A program made the translations under genes and the position numbers. The notes under the pieces are model-generated. The model searched no databases, had not been told where the DNA came from, and saw only the letters and a list, made by a program, of their open reading frames with translations. From a virus, in the IMG/VR virus record IMGVR_UViG_3300044957_000729: a DNA stretch of 64,000 bases; one strand, written 5' to 3'. Shown one piece after another: positions 49,901 to 59,746 of this stretch (position 1 is its first letter; each line of letters begins with the position of its first letter).

Positions 49901-50429
49901 TTTTAGACATGCCTTAGGGTTTGAGACCGACACTAATATATCATCTTCAGTACCTGGATTTCAATCTTCTTCTTACCAACAGTTAGAATATTATCCAGCT
50001 AACTCAGGATCTAATTTCGGCACTGATGATAACTCTTACCCTAATAAATTAGGGTTTGTAGAAAGCGATGAATTCTTATGTGGTAAGTTCTCCTGTGGAG
50101 CTTATTTATTTATGGCTCCTACTAATCACACAGCAGTTCAAATCGAGGGTTCTACCCAATTAGCTAAAAAGACTTTAGATTTTGGACAGGAGAATGCTAT
50201 AACAGTACCACTTGTTTTTCAAATGAGAGCTCAAGATAAACTAGGATATGTTGGAGGATGGAGATCCGCAGGTAACCTTAAGAATATTACTTATAATAAG
50301 AAAATAGGAATAGATATACAGGTGAAAAATGAGGATCTTTTTTCTTTCGATGTTTTAGTATCTGGAAGTTATACTAAGACTTCATTAGTTTCACCAGCTT
50401 ATTCTCAAAGTAAGAAAACAACTATCTAG
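46929..50429 (+). CDS. putative virion structural protein
   Basis: long ORF with coiled-coil and Fn3-like beta segment (VEIQIQSISEAGWP...SDWS). Confidence 0.55.
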   Translation: MSNTKNSFSSLIAQFLRLQKNSLEIINKLNDVTTSSKDSVEVEFLMDDNTSENIQIPSFGYLKTEINRLDQNIKALSGLEDNRANVRNPDGTVAKIYQAKTLKDPSSPASLQVPSTFQARNNWFFESFLNPLLYIEIDVENQIPENSESVYVKRIIANTQSDVQKQYFDNNIKGRNDLSDSDFIASLESQGIQYFIDEQINDLDLRTIRYTGSFGVLRIFDEEVQVTVNGTTTTNTVRKYKLNTLRYNDVLADTENSRTLTKGEILITAGGTKYEITSIDSTNQTVVFKRLFGFEAIQLGDSVLTIYSNVLSNRQVEVNVGFDERQGVFIKSIDGDFNVASSKYSPGICFFSSELQITTTDGVKTLEAFYNSQVSDFGKIFIASAKDNTIPAIYGQTPSSPVVSPGNFKVVRVNSQITNSKESDAFKDKVKTKNTLKNEIDSIDRAIDQTRKQLSELTTTSVGKTPTAEFKKLNDKISALSKDKGVKTELVSTNITELNNLIIAVPELTEAPKYRVRGFWPIPEPIVDPKTGEQNIVQFNVRYRYLSLTGNPNGVDQIDYIDNNGVAKTGQFTNWEQFKSDVRKKVYDTNTGTYVWQIEDVSDANTVNINQLDIPITKGEKVEIQIQSISEAGWPTNPLTSDWSTSAIVDFPPDLVVEVDNSSFVVQNNTDTAVSKVQSDLQAKGLDQHLSTQFTSGDKFYAHNSSVIASGFFDATGKALDLFQKLTQIDNELQSLRALIARAKGTLGVYIRSGNTSNKINPGSTINLFGGYYDQLIDLSNPSNKGKIANVVYYLELRNEAATPLELSSLIPGGQNVKAPNSITGQTDYNNNRKYGETPIQLSGIVDANVNTTSPGSFVQASGYQSGNAFSQFVYNRYKSVGLDEELYFIPPTSLSWNIDNGSSVGGSQLPINNDGIIIPFKPSTTGVVNAGANANIWGGTYTAGAPDINGDLNEFCIHISHPDINDGNSTIFESLIRPSVLPTGPMNYPSFRHALGFETDTNISSSVPGFQSSSYQQLEYYPANSGSNFGTDDNSYPNKLGFVESDEFLCGKFSCGAYLFMAPTNHTAVQIEGSTQLAKKTLDFGQENAITVPLVFQMRAQDKLGYVGGWRSAGNLKNITYNKKIGIDIQVKNEDLFSFDVLVSGSYTKTSLVSPAYSQSKKTTI

Positions 50430-50432
50430 TAA

Positions 50433-53400
50433 GTGGCAAGGAAAATAATTAAACAAAATTCGTCTTTCGGAGTTCTCAGAGCCAATCCAAGGATATCTGG
50501 AAACGTAAAAATTACCGTTGACTCTAAGAGTGATATATGGCTTAATTCTATAGATTCTAATTCTGAGATGTCTAATAGCTATTACAAAGGCTTTAGAATA
50601 TCTCCGGAAACTTCTTATGATAAGGATCTTTATAGATTTTTCAGAGAGGGTAAAACACCATCTCAGTTTATTTTTGGAATGATTGGAGAGGGGGATCCTG
50701 TTCAAAACCAGATAAAAGACCTATCTGATAGTTACAGCTTTTTTTATAGCTCCGGTGTTTCCCCTTTGATTTCCGATAAATATGATGAAGATTTTTCTTA
50801 CCTAGCTCCTTTTTGGCTGGGTGAAGATATACCAGATCATTTTGTTATTTTTAAATTAAATGATCCTATAGATTACTCATATAAGGTTCCAGTAACTTCT
50901 CTTGTTATTGGAACTACTTATAAAGTATTACAGGACACTTCCGTAGATCCTCAAAGTCCTGGATATCTTCCATTTCAAATATCCTCTGGAAGCCAAACTT
51001 ATACTGACGGTAACGTTTTTACAGCTACCTCTTTCACTTTTAATGTTCTACAGGGACAAGGGTCTGTAATACTTTTAGATCCTCTATATAACATGGCTAA
51101 TGTAGAGAACACAGAGGATCATTTTTATGATAAGATACTTCCTAAATCTACTGTTGTAGCAAGTTTTGATTTAACTGAGAATACTAAAATAGGTAAGTAT
51201 CTAAGAAAAATAAAAACAACCCCTGGATACACAGACAGTTTAATTGATGTTAGATTCGAAGAAAATCAGTTAACCACCTTTAACGGTGTTAATTACCAGG
51301 TTGGTATATTTGATAAGAAAGGGGATTACTTAATAGACTATTATAAAAATCCAGAAACACAAATAGGATTCGAAGATTTTATAACTAATGGATTTAGAAA
51401 TAATGGTATATTAAGCTATAAGCTTTTAAATCTGGAGTTCTTGTTTAATGATAACGATTCTCCAAACTACACTATAAATAGATATTTTGGGTTATATGTT
51501 AATGCACCAGAGATAGCTAAATTTAAGATAGACGGGGATGCTTTTTATAAGAGTCAAGGATCGTCTGGTAATATCCCCGTACCCGAAAAAAATAATAAAG
51601 GATACTACTTTCAAGAAACTTCCTATTATCAATATAATGATAACGGAGTAAGATTATACTTAGATCCTAATGAGATATCTGGTATTATACCAAACTCAGA
51701 CGATGTAAATATATTAGAGGAGACAAAAATTTTTTGGATAAAAGATAAGAACGATAACTTTCATTCATTAAAAAGATACGAGGATTATGGAAATTCTTCC
51801 CCTGATCCTCTATATTCAGTTTACGGGATAAGCGGATATGAGAACCAATTAGTAATACAGGATACTTCCCTAGATTTATCATTATTATCAGGAAAAGACA
51901 TAGACACTAGAAAGCAATATCCAGCGGTAACTACAGGACAAAAAGGGAGAGGATACAGTGTTATTAGAATAGCGGGGGAGCTAAATAATTATAATGAGAA
52001 TTCATTTATATTTTATAACCCTTTAGGATATCACGGATTACCTGGAGCTAAATATGACATAATAAGGGCATCTGATCTTTCCTCCACTATTGACGAGTGG
52101 GGCCCAGGAAGTTTCTATGCTCAGGATGAAGTTTATTACTACCATCCCTTCGGAACAAATGAAAAAATTGCTGAGGCTTTAACTGGAATTTTTAACAGCT
52201 TTAATTACAACTCCTTTGAAGCATTTAATTCCGGGGATGAAGTTGTAATAAGAACAAACGCAGTAGGTGCGCAGGAGAACACTAAATATTATTTAGACTT
52301 TTTCCAAAACTTTACAACCCTCCAAAGAATGCCCGACTCCAAAAGAGGTATAGTCTTTATAAACGAAAAAGATGTCTGTGACATAAATCAAAGACAATCC
52401 TTTCTGGGTGGATCTAATTATTCTAATACAAGAGTTAAAGTTAAAATAGAGGATGCAAATAAGATAGAGGTAGGTAAAACCTTTATTGAAACTATAAAAA
52501 GTACAGTTACTGATTCATTTAATAATATACCAGAATACTCCAATAAAGGAGCTTCCGTCGTTATAGGAAAATATAGATTTGTTGATCAGTATGCTAGAGA
52601 TGAAAAAGGAGAAATAGTAGGACTTAAAGATTTTGAAACCCACGCTACTCTTGAAATAGCTAATTTTACTGAATCTATAGCTTTTGGTACATCTGGATCT
52701 ATTTCTGCTTTTAATACTTATAATGTTTCACTGGGTATTTTTTCTTTCTATGGATTAAGGGAAATTGATATGGATTTCTGGTATAGCCAGTACGGATATA
52801 CACCAACCCCGGAATATTATAAACATTTAGATGTGCAACCCTCTGGGATAACTAAAATAGTTCCGAGGAAAACTTATTTTGTTTCTAATGGAGCATTTGT
52901 AGATTATGGTGGAAACACGATAACTGGTCCAAATTTCTTTGAAGGGGTAGTAGGTGAGGATCAGTACACATTAGCTACAGGATCGACTGGGGCAGAGTCT
53001 AATGTTTTCCCTACGCTATCATCTAGAGGTAACATTACAGTTGGTGTTACTCCTAGTAATTTCGACTATTCTTTTTATCCGGATTTAGATGCCTTCCCTG
53101 GATTTTATGGAATACAATCCCTTCAGTTTATCGACAATGCTATAGGATTAGATACAAAATACAAGCAATTAAATTTTGGTAAGCTAAATTCTGAATATGA
53201 CTACACGCAGGACAACTATAATCCAGTGTTTGCTACAAACAGTAGAGTTAGTCCTTATATAACTAAATGGGTTTATAGAGGAGGAACAGATGTCAGAGGA
53301 AATGGATACAGATTAAATGCTAACATAGCTTTTAGTCCTTTAAATTTTTCTCCTAGCTTTTTTAGAAGATCTCAAGATCCACAGTACTTTACACACGAAT

Positions 53401-56045
53401 GGTATCAGTTACAAAAACCCCCTTATTCCTTTCCAGAAGAAAGCGTACATTTAGATAAGAACTATTTGGCTAGAGAGATCGATCAGTCATTCTTGACTAA
53501 TGCAAATCCAGCTTTAAGAGATTATTTCCTGGATTATTTTTCAATAGAGGGTGACGACTTAGCACAATATTATCCAGGGAGCACAACAATAAACAAAATA
53601 GGACTAACTGAAAGATATTCAGTGTTCGATTTCAATACTGGTAGTAAATTTTCTGAAACATTATTTAGAGGAGCTAAAGTAAGAATTAAAAGAACCTTTA
53701 CTGACTATGCTCAGGGAGAATCTACTAAATATATAGAGGATGATCGTTTTTATGACGACTATAAGTTTTCTTGTGTCGTAGTGCCAATAAGAAATATACT
53801 GGACGAGATACAAACACCAGTTAAAGTAAAAGTAATAGAGAATAGAACATTTAAGAATATAACTTTTATCGTTGAGGTTTTAATTGAGGATGCTAGGGTT
53901 TTAAATTTCGAAGATATAAGCCCGGAAAACCAATATCTAGATCTAGATTATTTCTTATTATACTCTTTAAAAGACAAGCTAGACAGTTCTTATTTTTCTA
54001 CGGTTGTTAGTTCTTCTCTTCCTTCCGGATTAGTAGAATTACCAACTGTTGGGGATATAAAATTATCTTCAGCTCTTAATATATCATCAGCACCTAATAT
54101 ACAAGGACTATTTTCATCGGTTAATCCAGGTACAGTGGGAAATGAGGGTGAAATTTATATTATTCCTAATCCTGATTACGAAACTGACTTAAGGGACGAA
54201 GTAAACTTTACCTATCTTCCTTCTGTTCAACCGGATTCTATTTCTGGACCTAATTCTACCAGCCCTGGATCTTTCTATGGAATTGCTGGACCTTCGCCTT
54301 ACAACGGGTATACTCTTCCTTTTCCTACTGGTGTTGGACAGGAGGTTATAAATTTTACTAACACACAGCCGGGATACGAATTTAATTTTAGCGATATTGG
54401 TATTCCTGGACCTGTTAATATACCAACTATAGCAAATTACTCCTCACTTTCTAATATTCCTATTTATCAAAGGCAAGGTGGAGTTGGCTATTGGGAAAAT
54501 ATATTAGAAAAAATATCTTTTGCTAATCTTTCCTTATGGGTAAATACTGGATATCCTTACATAGATTATTTAACTTATGAGTGGGACGAAACATCTGGTA
54601 CCACAAAGGTATTAGAGAATCAATTTGTTTTAGAGTTCATAAAGCCTTCATTCTTTGAACAGGAAACAGTTATTGTTGCGGTAGAAATAACGGATAAACC
54701 CCAAGAATTAAGCGTATTTAATGTTGGCTATGAAACTGAAGATGTTGAAGGAGAGAGTGAGCTTTATAGATATGGGGGAGAATATGTTCCTAGCTTTAGA
54801 GAAGTTTTAAATTTTGAGAATGTAAAATATGATGCTCCTGAATGGGCAATACCAAACTATAGTACATTTATAGTAAAGATAGTTGAAAAACCAGAAAAAT
54901 CATTATTATATGATATTGGTTCTACTAGTTGTTTAGAAATAGATGGTGTACCACAGGGAGAAATAAATTTAATTAAAGGAATAACTTATTATTTTGATCT
55001 TAGTGATCCTAGTAATACTGGATATCAGATATATTTTTCAGAAGAACAAATTGGTAACAACTTCTCCAATGATTCAATAACGCAGGGATATACACTAGTC
55101 GGTACACCAGGAACTACTGGAGCTTATATAGAAATGGATGTACCTTATGATTTGCCTTCCCCTATCTATTATGTAGCAGAGGGCGGAAAATTCATGGGAG
55201 GAAATATAAAAGCGATAGACTCGATAGAGTATTCTTACTGTTCTTTCGGACCATATAAAGATAATTTCGGGGTATCTAGAAATGTTAATTATTACAAATA
55301 TTCACCTCAGTGGATATTTAGGATAGGACAAAATTCTCCTTATAATCCGGTTTATAACATCATAGGAGAAACCCCAGTAGATAGAAGGAATCTTTCTATT
55401 TTCGAAAGTTCTTGGGATCCTGGATTTTATAGAGAATATACAGGCCCTACCGGATATGTAAACCTACCTGGCACAAGAGTAATGAAAGAACAAAAATCTT
55501 TCTTTGGTAGCAAATTTATGCAGACCCCGGATCTAATAAATTCTCAAAAACAATTAGTATATCCACAATCATTAAAGGATGTTCTTGATTTGAACTATAA
55601 TAACTACCCCAACTATGAAATACTATGGGAAAATAACCCAACTGAATTAAAAGGTGTTATTTTAATGGATAGAATGTTAAATAGATATTTCCTAGAAAAT
55701 GGAGGAAAAGAATCGTTTAACAAATTTATAATTCCAGAATTTGGATTTGGTAGCACATCTGATATTGATGATGATTTTAAAGAATATATGAATCAGAATA
55801 TAATTCCTATATTTCAATCCAAACTAAACAGAGGATATCTTAAAAAAATACCCATCACAGCAACCGAGACTCTAGTTCCCGTAATAGGAAATTTAGCGGA
55901 CTATCAGAAATTGATTAATGGATATTTCAATTCAGGAGAGGTGAGATACACTAAAGTGAATGATCTAAGATATGAATTTAGAATCCCTAAAGATCCTTCT
56001 TTTAACTATTCTGTCTGTTTCTCTATAGATATAGGAAAAATTTAA
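50433..56045 (+). CDS. large virion structural protein (1870 aa)
   Basis: long ORF; contains ...GITYYFDLSDPSN.G...GTPG..GAY... module seen in T4-like virion proteins. Confidence 0.55.
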   Translation: MARKIIKQNSSFGVLRANPRISGNVKITVDSKSDIWLNSIDSNSEMSNSYYKGFRISPETSYDKDLYRFFREGKTPSQFIFGMIGEGDPVQNQIKDLSDSYSFFYSSGVSPLISDKYDEDFSYLAPFWLGEDIPDHFVIFKLNDPIDYSYKVPVTSLVIGTTYKVLQDTSVDPQSPGYLPFQISSGSQTYTDGNVFTATSFTFNVLQGQGSVILLDPLYNMANVENTEDHFYDKILPKSTVVASFDLTENTKIGKYLRKIKTTPGYTDSLIDVRFEENQLTTFNGVNYQVGIFDKKGDYLIDYYKNPETQIGFEDFITNGFRNNGILSYKLLNLEFLFNDNDSPNYTINRYFGLYVNAPEIAKFKIDGDAFYKSQGSSGNIPVPEKNNKGYYFQETSYYQYNDNGVRLYLDPNEISGIIPNSDDVNILEETKIFWIKDKNDNFHSLKRYEDYGNSSPDPLYSVYGISGYENQLVIQDTSLDLSLLSGKDIDTRKQYPAVTTGQKGRGYSVIRIAGELNNYNENSFIFYNPLGYHGLPGAKYDIIRASDLSSTIDEWGPGSFYAQDEVYYYHPFGTNEKIAEALTGIFNSFNYNSFEAFNSGDEVVIRTNAVGAQENTKYYLDFFQNFTTLQRMPDSKRGIVFINEKDVCDINQRQSFLGGSNYSNTRVKVKIEDANKIEVGKTFIETIKSTVTDSFNNIPEYSNKGASVVIGKYRFVDQYARDEKGEIVGLKDFETHATLEIANFTESIAFGTSGSISAFNTYNVSLGIFSFYGLREIDMDFWYSQYGYTPTPEYYKHLDVQPSGITKIVPRKTYFVSNGAFVDYGGNTITGPNFFEGVVGEDQYTLATGSTGAESNVFPTLSSRGNITVGVTPSNFDYSFYPDLDAFPGFYGIQSLQFIDNAIGLDTKYKQLNFGKLNSEYDYTQDNYNPVFATNSRVSPYITKWVYRGGTDVRGNGYRLNANIAFSPLNFSPSFFRRSQDPQYFTHEWYQLQKPPYSFPEESVHLDKNYLAREIDQSFLTNANPALRDYFLDYFSIEGDDLAQYYPGSTTINKIGLTERYSVFDFNTGSKFSETLFRGAKVRIKRTFTDYAQGESTKYIEDDRFYDDYKFSCVVVPIRNILDEIQTPVKVKVIENRTFKNITFIVEVLIEDARVLNFEDISPENQYLDLDYFLLYSLKDKLDSSYFSTVVSSSLPSGLVELPTVGDIKLSSALNISSAPNIQGLFSSVNPGTVGNEGEIYIIPNPDYETDLRDEVNFTYLPSVQPDSISGPNSTSPGSFYGIAGPSPYNGYTLPFPTGVGQEVINFTNTQPGYEFNFSDIGIPGPVNIPTIANYSSLSNIPIYQRQGGVGYWENILEKISFANLSLWVNTGYPYIDYLTYEWDETSGTTKVLENQFVLEFIKPSFFEQETVIVAVEITDKPQELSVFNVGYETEDVEGESELYRYGGEYVPSFREVLNFENVKYDAPEWAIPNYSTFIVKIVEKPEKSLLYDIGSTSCLEIDGVPQGEINLIKGITYYFDLSDPSNTGYQIYFSEEQIGNNFSNDSITQGYTLVGTPGTTGAYIEMDVPYDLPSPIYYVAEGGKFMGGNIKAIDSIEYSYCSFGPYKDNFGVSRNVNYYKYSPQWIFRIGQNSPYNPVYNIIGETPVDRRNLSIFESSWDPGFYREYTGPTGYVNLPGTRVMKEQKSFFGSKFMQTPDLINSQKQLVYPQSLKDVLDLNYNNYPNYEILWENNPTELKGVILMDRMLNRYFLENGGKESFNKFIIPEFGFGSTSDIDDDFKEYMNQNIIPIFQSKLNRGYLKKIPITATETLVPVIGNLADYQKLINGYFNSGEVRYTKVNDLRYEFRIPKDPSFNYSVCFSIDIGKI

Positions 56046-56062
56046 TAGAGGGATGGATTTTT

Positions 56063-56070
56063 GATATATA
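56063..56070 (+). promoter_or_regulatory. putative late-type promoter GATATATA
   Basis: intergenic, 18 nt before tail-fibre ATG. Confidence 0.5.
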
Positions 56071-56088
56071 ATGTAACTATAAAAAGAG

Positions 56089-58752
56089 ATGCCACAGATT
56101 AATATACTAAATATTTTACAAGGAGACAACCAGTCTACCATAGTTGATAAATTAAATTATAATTTCGATCAAATACTTAGTGCAGGTGGAGGACCACAGG
56201 GAGCTCAAGGATTGATAGGTCCTACGGGACCGATTGGACCTCAAGGACCACAAGGGGTTCAGGGAGTACAAGGACCTTCCGGAACTAAATGGTTTGTACA
56301 GGATACATCGCCTGCTTCAGGTGGAATTACTGGATCAAATCCTTTTAATTTTCCAACTTTGGGTGATTATTGGCTAGATCCGGACTCAGCAAATCAGGAT
56401 ATTTATGTGTTCACTGCCACTGGATGGGTTAACACGGGATATGGATTAAGTGCTGGGGATTTATTTCAGAAGGTAACCCCTGTTAATATAATTGGCGGTG
56501 CAACTGCTCAGGCTATATTAATGGCTGGTGCAACCGCAGGAGATAAGGGATTGGTATTATCCGATTCCACTGTTAATGAATACACACCAGGAGGTATTTC
56601 CATAGACAATTTAAACTTTGAAAACGCAAAGCTAAAGATTGCTACAAAGGACGATAGAACAAAATTAATAAGTTTTGCTAGATCCACTTTTGATATAAGT
56701 TCGAGCGGATCTGGTTCAACCGGGAGCTTTTACAATCCATATTTTTCTTGGGACCTTTCTGTTAACCCTTCCGGATCTACTGGTGTGGGTTTAGGATTTT
56801 ATAATCTTAGCTTTGTAAATCCTAAGGGATCAATAGGAATAGTATCTAATGGAGCAACTGCTGAGTCTGGTATAAATATGCTGAGCAGCAGTGAGATAAC
56901 CGCAACTTCATCTAGCGATAATATCTTACTTAAGACGTCTTCGATTAATAAAGGGACTTTTATAGATGCTAGTTCTAATGGAGGATTTTTAGAACTTTCT
57001 AATAATACATCTACGCCTTCTAATCAAGCCGATGCACCCATTTTTGCTAACTCTACCGGAGTAGGATTAGGATTAGGGACCGGACAGTTTAAACATGTCG
57101 GTGTTTCTGTTGATAACCGAAGATTAGCAGTTAATGGTAACGTAAGTATAGGAACAGGATCTGCGCCTCATACATCTTCCTTATTTGTTGGACAATCGGG
57201 AACGCCTAATTATAATAAAGGGGTTTTATTCACAGAGGGACATGCTATGTTTGGGTACACTGATCCGACCGGAGATAACTCTGGAGGATTACAAACAACT
57301 GGACCTTCGGAGCTAGCTGGAAGATATCCTCAACTGTTTGTTACATCTCCTAACTTCGGTCCGGGTATACAAATAAAAACTAAAGGAGCTAATTATTCTC
57401 CTAGAACAATAATAGGTGACGGCATCTTTGACGGATCTGGGACAGGTCCTAGTATAGTTCAAGAATTTTTTGCAGGGACTGGGTATAACTTAGGTGGTTT
57501 TAATCAACCCTTAATAAATTACACTCAGAAGATATCAAATGTATCTAACTCAGGATCTTCTGGTCCTGTTTTTTCGGTTACAACATTTGTAAATGGCGGT
57601 GTTTATAATTATGTTAATTCAGCATACAGAACTCTTATAGAAACTAAAAATTCTAATAAGAGATTAGAAATTATGGCCAATGGTACTGGTGGAGGAAACA
57701 CCATTACTATGGGAACAATAAATAGTTCTTTATTATCAATTTACGGTGCTTCTGGGAGTACATCCGGAGGGGTTTCTATTGGAGTTAATTCTAATATCTC
57801 TCCAGAATTAGCCTCACTAACAGGTGCAACATTTCGAGCAAATAATAGAGCTAATCACAGTTTATATGTTACTGGAGTTCAAACAATAGGTACAGACGAT
57901 CCACGTTCTCTATTTAATTTAGCTGCAACAGGTACTAATAAACCAGTTGGTGGTAACTCTTTACTAAAAGTACATAGAAATTTATATTCTACAACTTCTA
58001 CACTTGGAAAGGGGACTTTTGCTACTGGGTTTTCAGTGAACAATTATCCAAATGGAATAGAAATAACCTCTATTGTTCCTCTAAATCCATCTACTGGACC
58101 TAGCGCTAATGATTCTGTTGCTATTGCAGTAGGTGCATCAACGGGGGCATCCCCGGTAACTGCAGCAAGCGCTACTGGATTCTTCGTTTCTAATTTGGGT
58201 ACAAACATATCAGTAGGACAGTCCATAGATTACAATGCTGCTATTGGTGTATCTGGGGCAGGAAATGATGCAGCAATAAGTGCTAAAGGAAATATTAGCG
58301 GAATAGGGAATCTTAATATAAGTGCTACCGGTACTTTTGGGGGCAACGTTAATGCTTCTGGTGGAAATATAACTAATTCATTAAACGTTGGTGACGGGCT
58401 TTTTCAAGGAGGATCAATAACTTTAAATGCAAGAACCCCGATATACAATATGATATCGGGTAAAGCTATTGCTCATATAAACGGGTCAACAGCGACTATA
58501 GTTTACGGAACAGGATTTACCGTCGGAATGGTTGCTTCTGGACTTAACACCGCAAAATTAAGAGTAACTTATAGTAATCCTTTTTCTACCAGTAATGTTA
58601 TTGCAATCCCGACGTATACTAGCGCCAGTTCAGGTATTCCAACTATAGATGTGGTTCACTTTAATTCCACAACAACATTCACTGATTTTATAATATTAGG
58701 TGCGGCGACCGGAACACTTACAGTTAGCTTTATAATACAGGAAATAGGTTAA
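56089..58752 (+). CDS. tail fibre protein with collagen-like segment
   Basis: GD......KLNYNF N-terminus, (GXY)10 collagen, GD.WL motif, G/S/T-rich beta repeats. Confidence 0.75.
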   Translation: MPQINILNILQGDNQSTIVDKLNYNFDQILSAGGGPQGAQGLIGPTGPIGPQGPQGVQGVQGPSGTKWFVQDTSPASGGITGSNPFNFPTLGDYWLDPDSANQDIYVFTATGWVNTGYGLSAGDLFQKVTPVNIIGGATAQAILMAGATAGDKGLVLSDSTVNEYTPGGISIDNLNFENAKLKIATKDDRTKLISFARSTFDISSSGSGSTGSFYNPYFSWDLSVNPSGSTGVGLGFYNLSFVNPKGSIGIVSNGATAESGINMLSSSEITATSSSDNILLKTSSINKGTFIDASSNGGFLELSNNTSTPSNQADAPIFANSTGVGLGLGTGQFKHVGVSVDNRRLAVNGNVSIGTGSAPHTSSLFVGQSGTPNYNKGVLFTEGHAMFGYTDPTGDNSGGLQTTGPSELAGRYPQLFVTSPNFGPGIQIKTKGANYSPRTIIGDGIFDGSGTGPSIVQEFFAGTGYNLGGFNQPLINYTQKISNVSNSGSSGPVFSVTTFVNGGVYNYVNSAYRTLIETKNSNKRLEIMANGTGGGNTITMGTINSSLLSIYGASGSTSGGVSIGVNSNISPELASLTGATFRANNRANHSLYVTGVQTIGTDDPRSLFNLAATGTNKPVGGNSLLKVHRNLYSTTSTLGKGTFATGFSVNNYPNGIEITSIVPLNPSTGPSANDSVAIAVGASTGASPVTAASATGFFVSNLGTNISVGQSIDYNAAIGVSGAGNDAAISAKGNISGIGNLNISATGTFGGNVNASGGNITNSLNVGDGLFQGGSITLNARTPIYNMISGKAIAHINGSTATIVYGTGFTVGMVASGLNTAKLRVTYSNPFSTSNVIAIPTYTSASSGIPTIDVVHFNSTTTFTDFIILGAATGTLTVSFIIQEIG
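56191..56283 (+). repeat. collagen-like (Gly-X-Y)10
   Basis: GPQGAQGLIGPTGPIGPQGPQGVQGVQGPSG. Confidence 0.9.
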
Positions 58753-58754
58753 TC

Positions 58755-58970
58755 ATGGATAAAAATTGGTTCATACAAAGATATTCAGATATACATAATG
58801 ATCTGAATAAACTTGAAAGAGAGATAGAAGAGCATTTAAAAAATAAAAAAGATCTATTAGAAAATGATCAAAAATTGGAAGATCTAAAAAGAAAAACAAT
58901 TGAGACCATAGATCTATTAAATAAAACAAGAAAAGATGAAAGAAGAATTTTTAATTACCAAAATTCTTAA
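58755..58970 (+). CDS. small coiled-coil hypothetical protein
   Basis: 71-aa heptad-rich ORF downstream of fibre. Confidence 0.6.
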   Translation: MDKNWFIQRYSDIHNDLNKLEREIEEHLKNKKDLLENDQKLEDLKRKTIETIDLLNKTRKDERRIFNYQNS

Positions 58971-59733
58971 AAGAAAAGATATAGTGCTTGTTGCAGTTAT
59001 TGCAATATTACTCTTATTGCTATTTAGACAGTGTAGAAGCAACGCGGATCTTAGGTCCCAGATGTTTGTACAAAATCACAATTTAGCTGCTCTGAAAGAC
59101 TCTGTAAGAGTCCAAAAAAATAGAGCAGGGGAAGACATGTATGTTAGAAAAACCCTTTTTGCTTCTAAAAAGAATTTGGAGGATCTAAATAAGAATCTTT
59201 CTGACGAGCTTAAGAAAGTTAAAGGACAGGTTATTGTTATACATGATGTAGAAACAGTTGTTGAGACTGACACCCAATACGTTAATAACTATCTTACAAT
59301 TTACAAGGATGGAAGTTATAGTTTGGATTGGAAATTTGATACAATATTTTCAGCTAACAATTACAGGAAATTTTCAGGTAATAGCTTCTTTAAAATAGAT
59401 TCAGTTACCAATAAAGTGACCCCCGGTGTTACCAGAATAAATAAGGACGAAATGGGATTTTCTTTTGTAACTGGACTAAGGGAGAAGGATAAATCCCTAG
59501 AGATTTTTGTAACCCCTAAATATCCAGGAATGAAGATAACTGATATTGAGGGTGCTATTATTGATCCCTATAAATCTACTGTTTTAAAGAATATGTTTCC
59601 GACTAAGAAATTCTCTGTAGGTCCTTATGTTGGGGTTGGACTTGGGGGTGGCTATGGTATAAACGGGAAACCAATAATAGGTGCAATGTTTAACGTCGGA
59701 GTGGGTATACAATTTTCTATCATTAAATTTTAA
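58936..59733 (+). CDS. putative spanin-like lysis/membrane protein
   Basis: N-terminal TM helix (IVLVAVIAILLLLLF), coiled coil, C-terminal Gly-rich beta hairpin ending in Phe. Confidence 0.5.
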   Translation: MKEEFLITKILKRKDIVLVAVIAILLLLLFRQCRSNADLRSQMFVQNHNLAALKDSVRVQKNRAGEDMYVRKTLFASKKNLEDLNKNLSDELKKVKGQVIVIHDVETVVETDTQYVNNYLTIYKDGSYSLDWKFDTIFSANNYRKFSGNSFFKIDSVTNKVTPGVTRINKDEMGFSFVTGLREKDKSLEIFVTPKYPGMKITDIEGAIIDPYKSTVLKNMFPTKKFSVGPYVGVGLGGGYGINGKPIIGAMFNVGVGIQFSIIKF

Positions 59734-59734
59734 G

Positions 59735-59742
59735 GATATATA
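59735..59742 (+). promoter_or_regulatory. putative late-type promoter GATATATA
   Basis: 4 nt before ATG 59747. Confidence 0.5.
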
Positions 59743-59746
59743 AATC

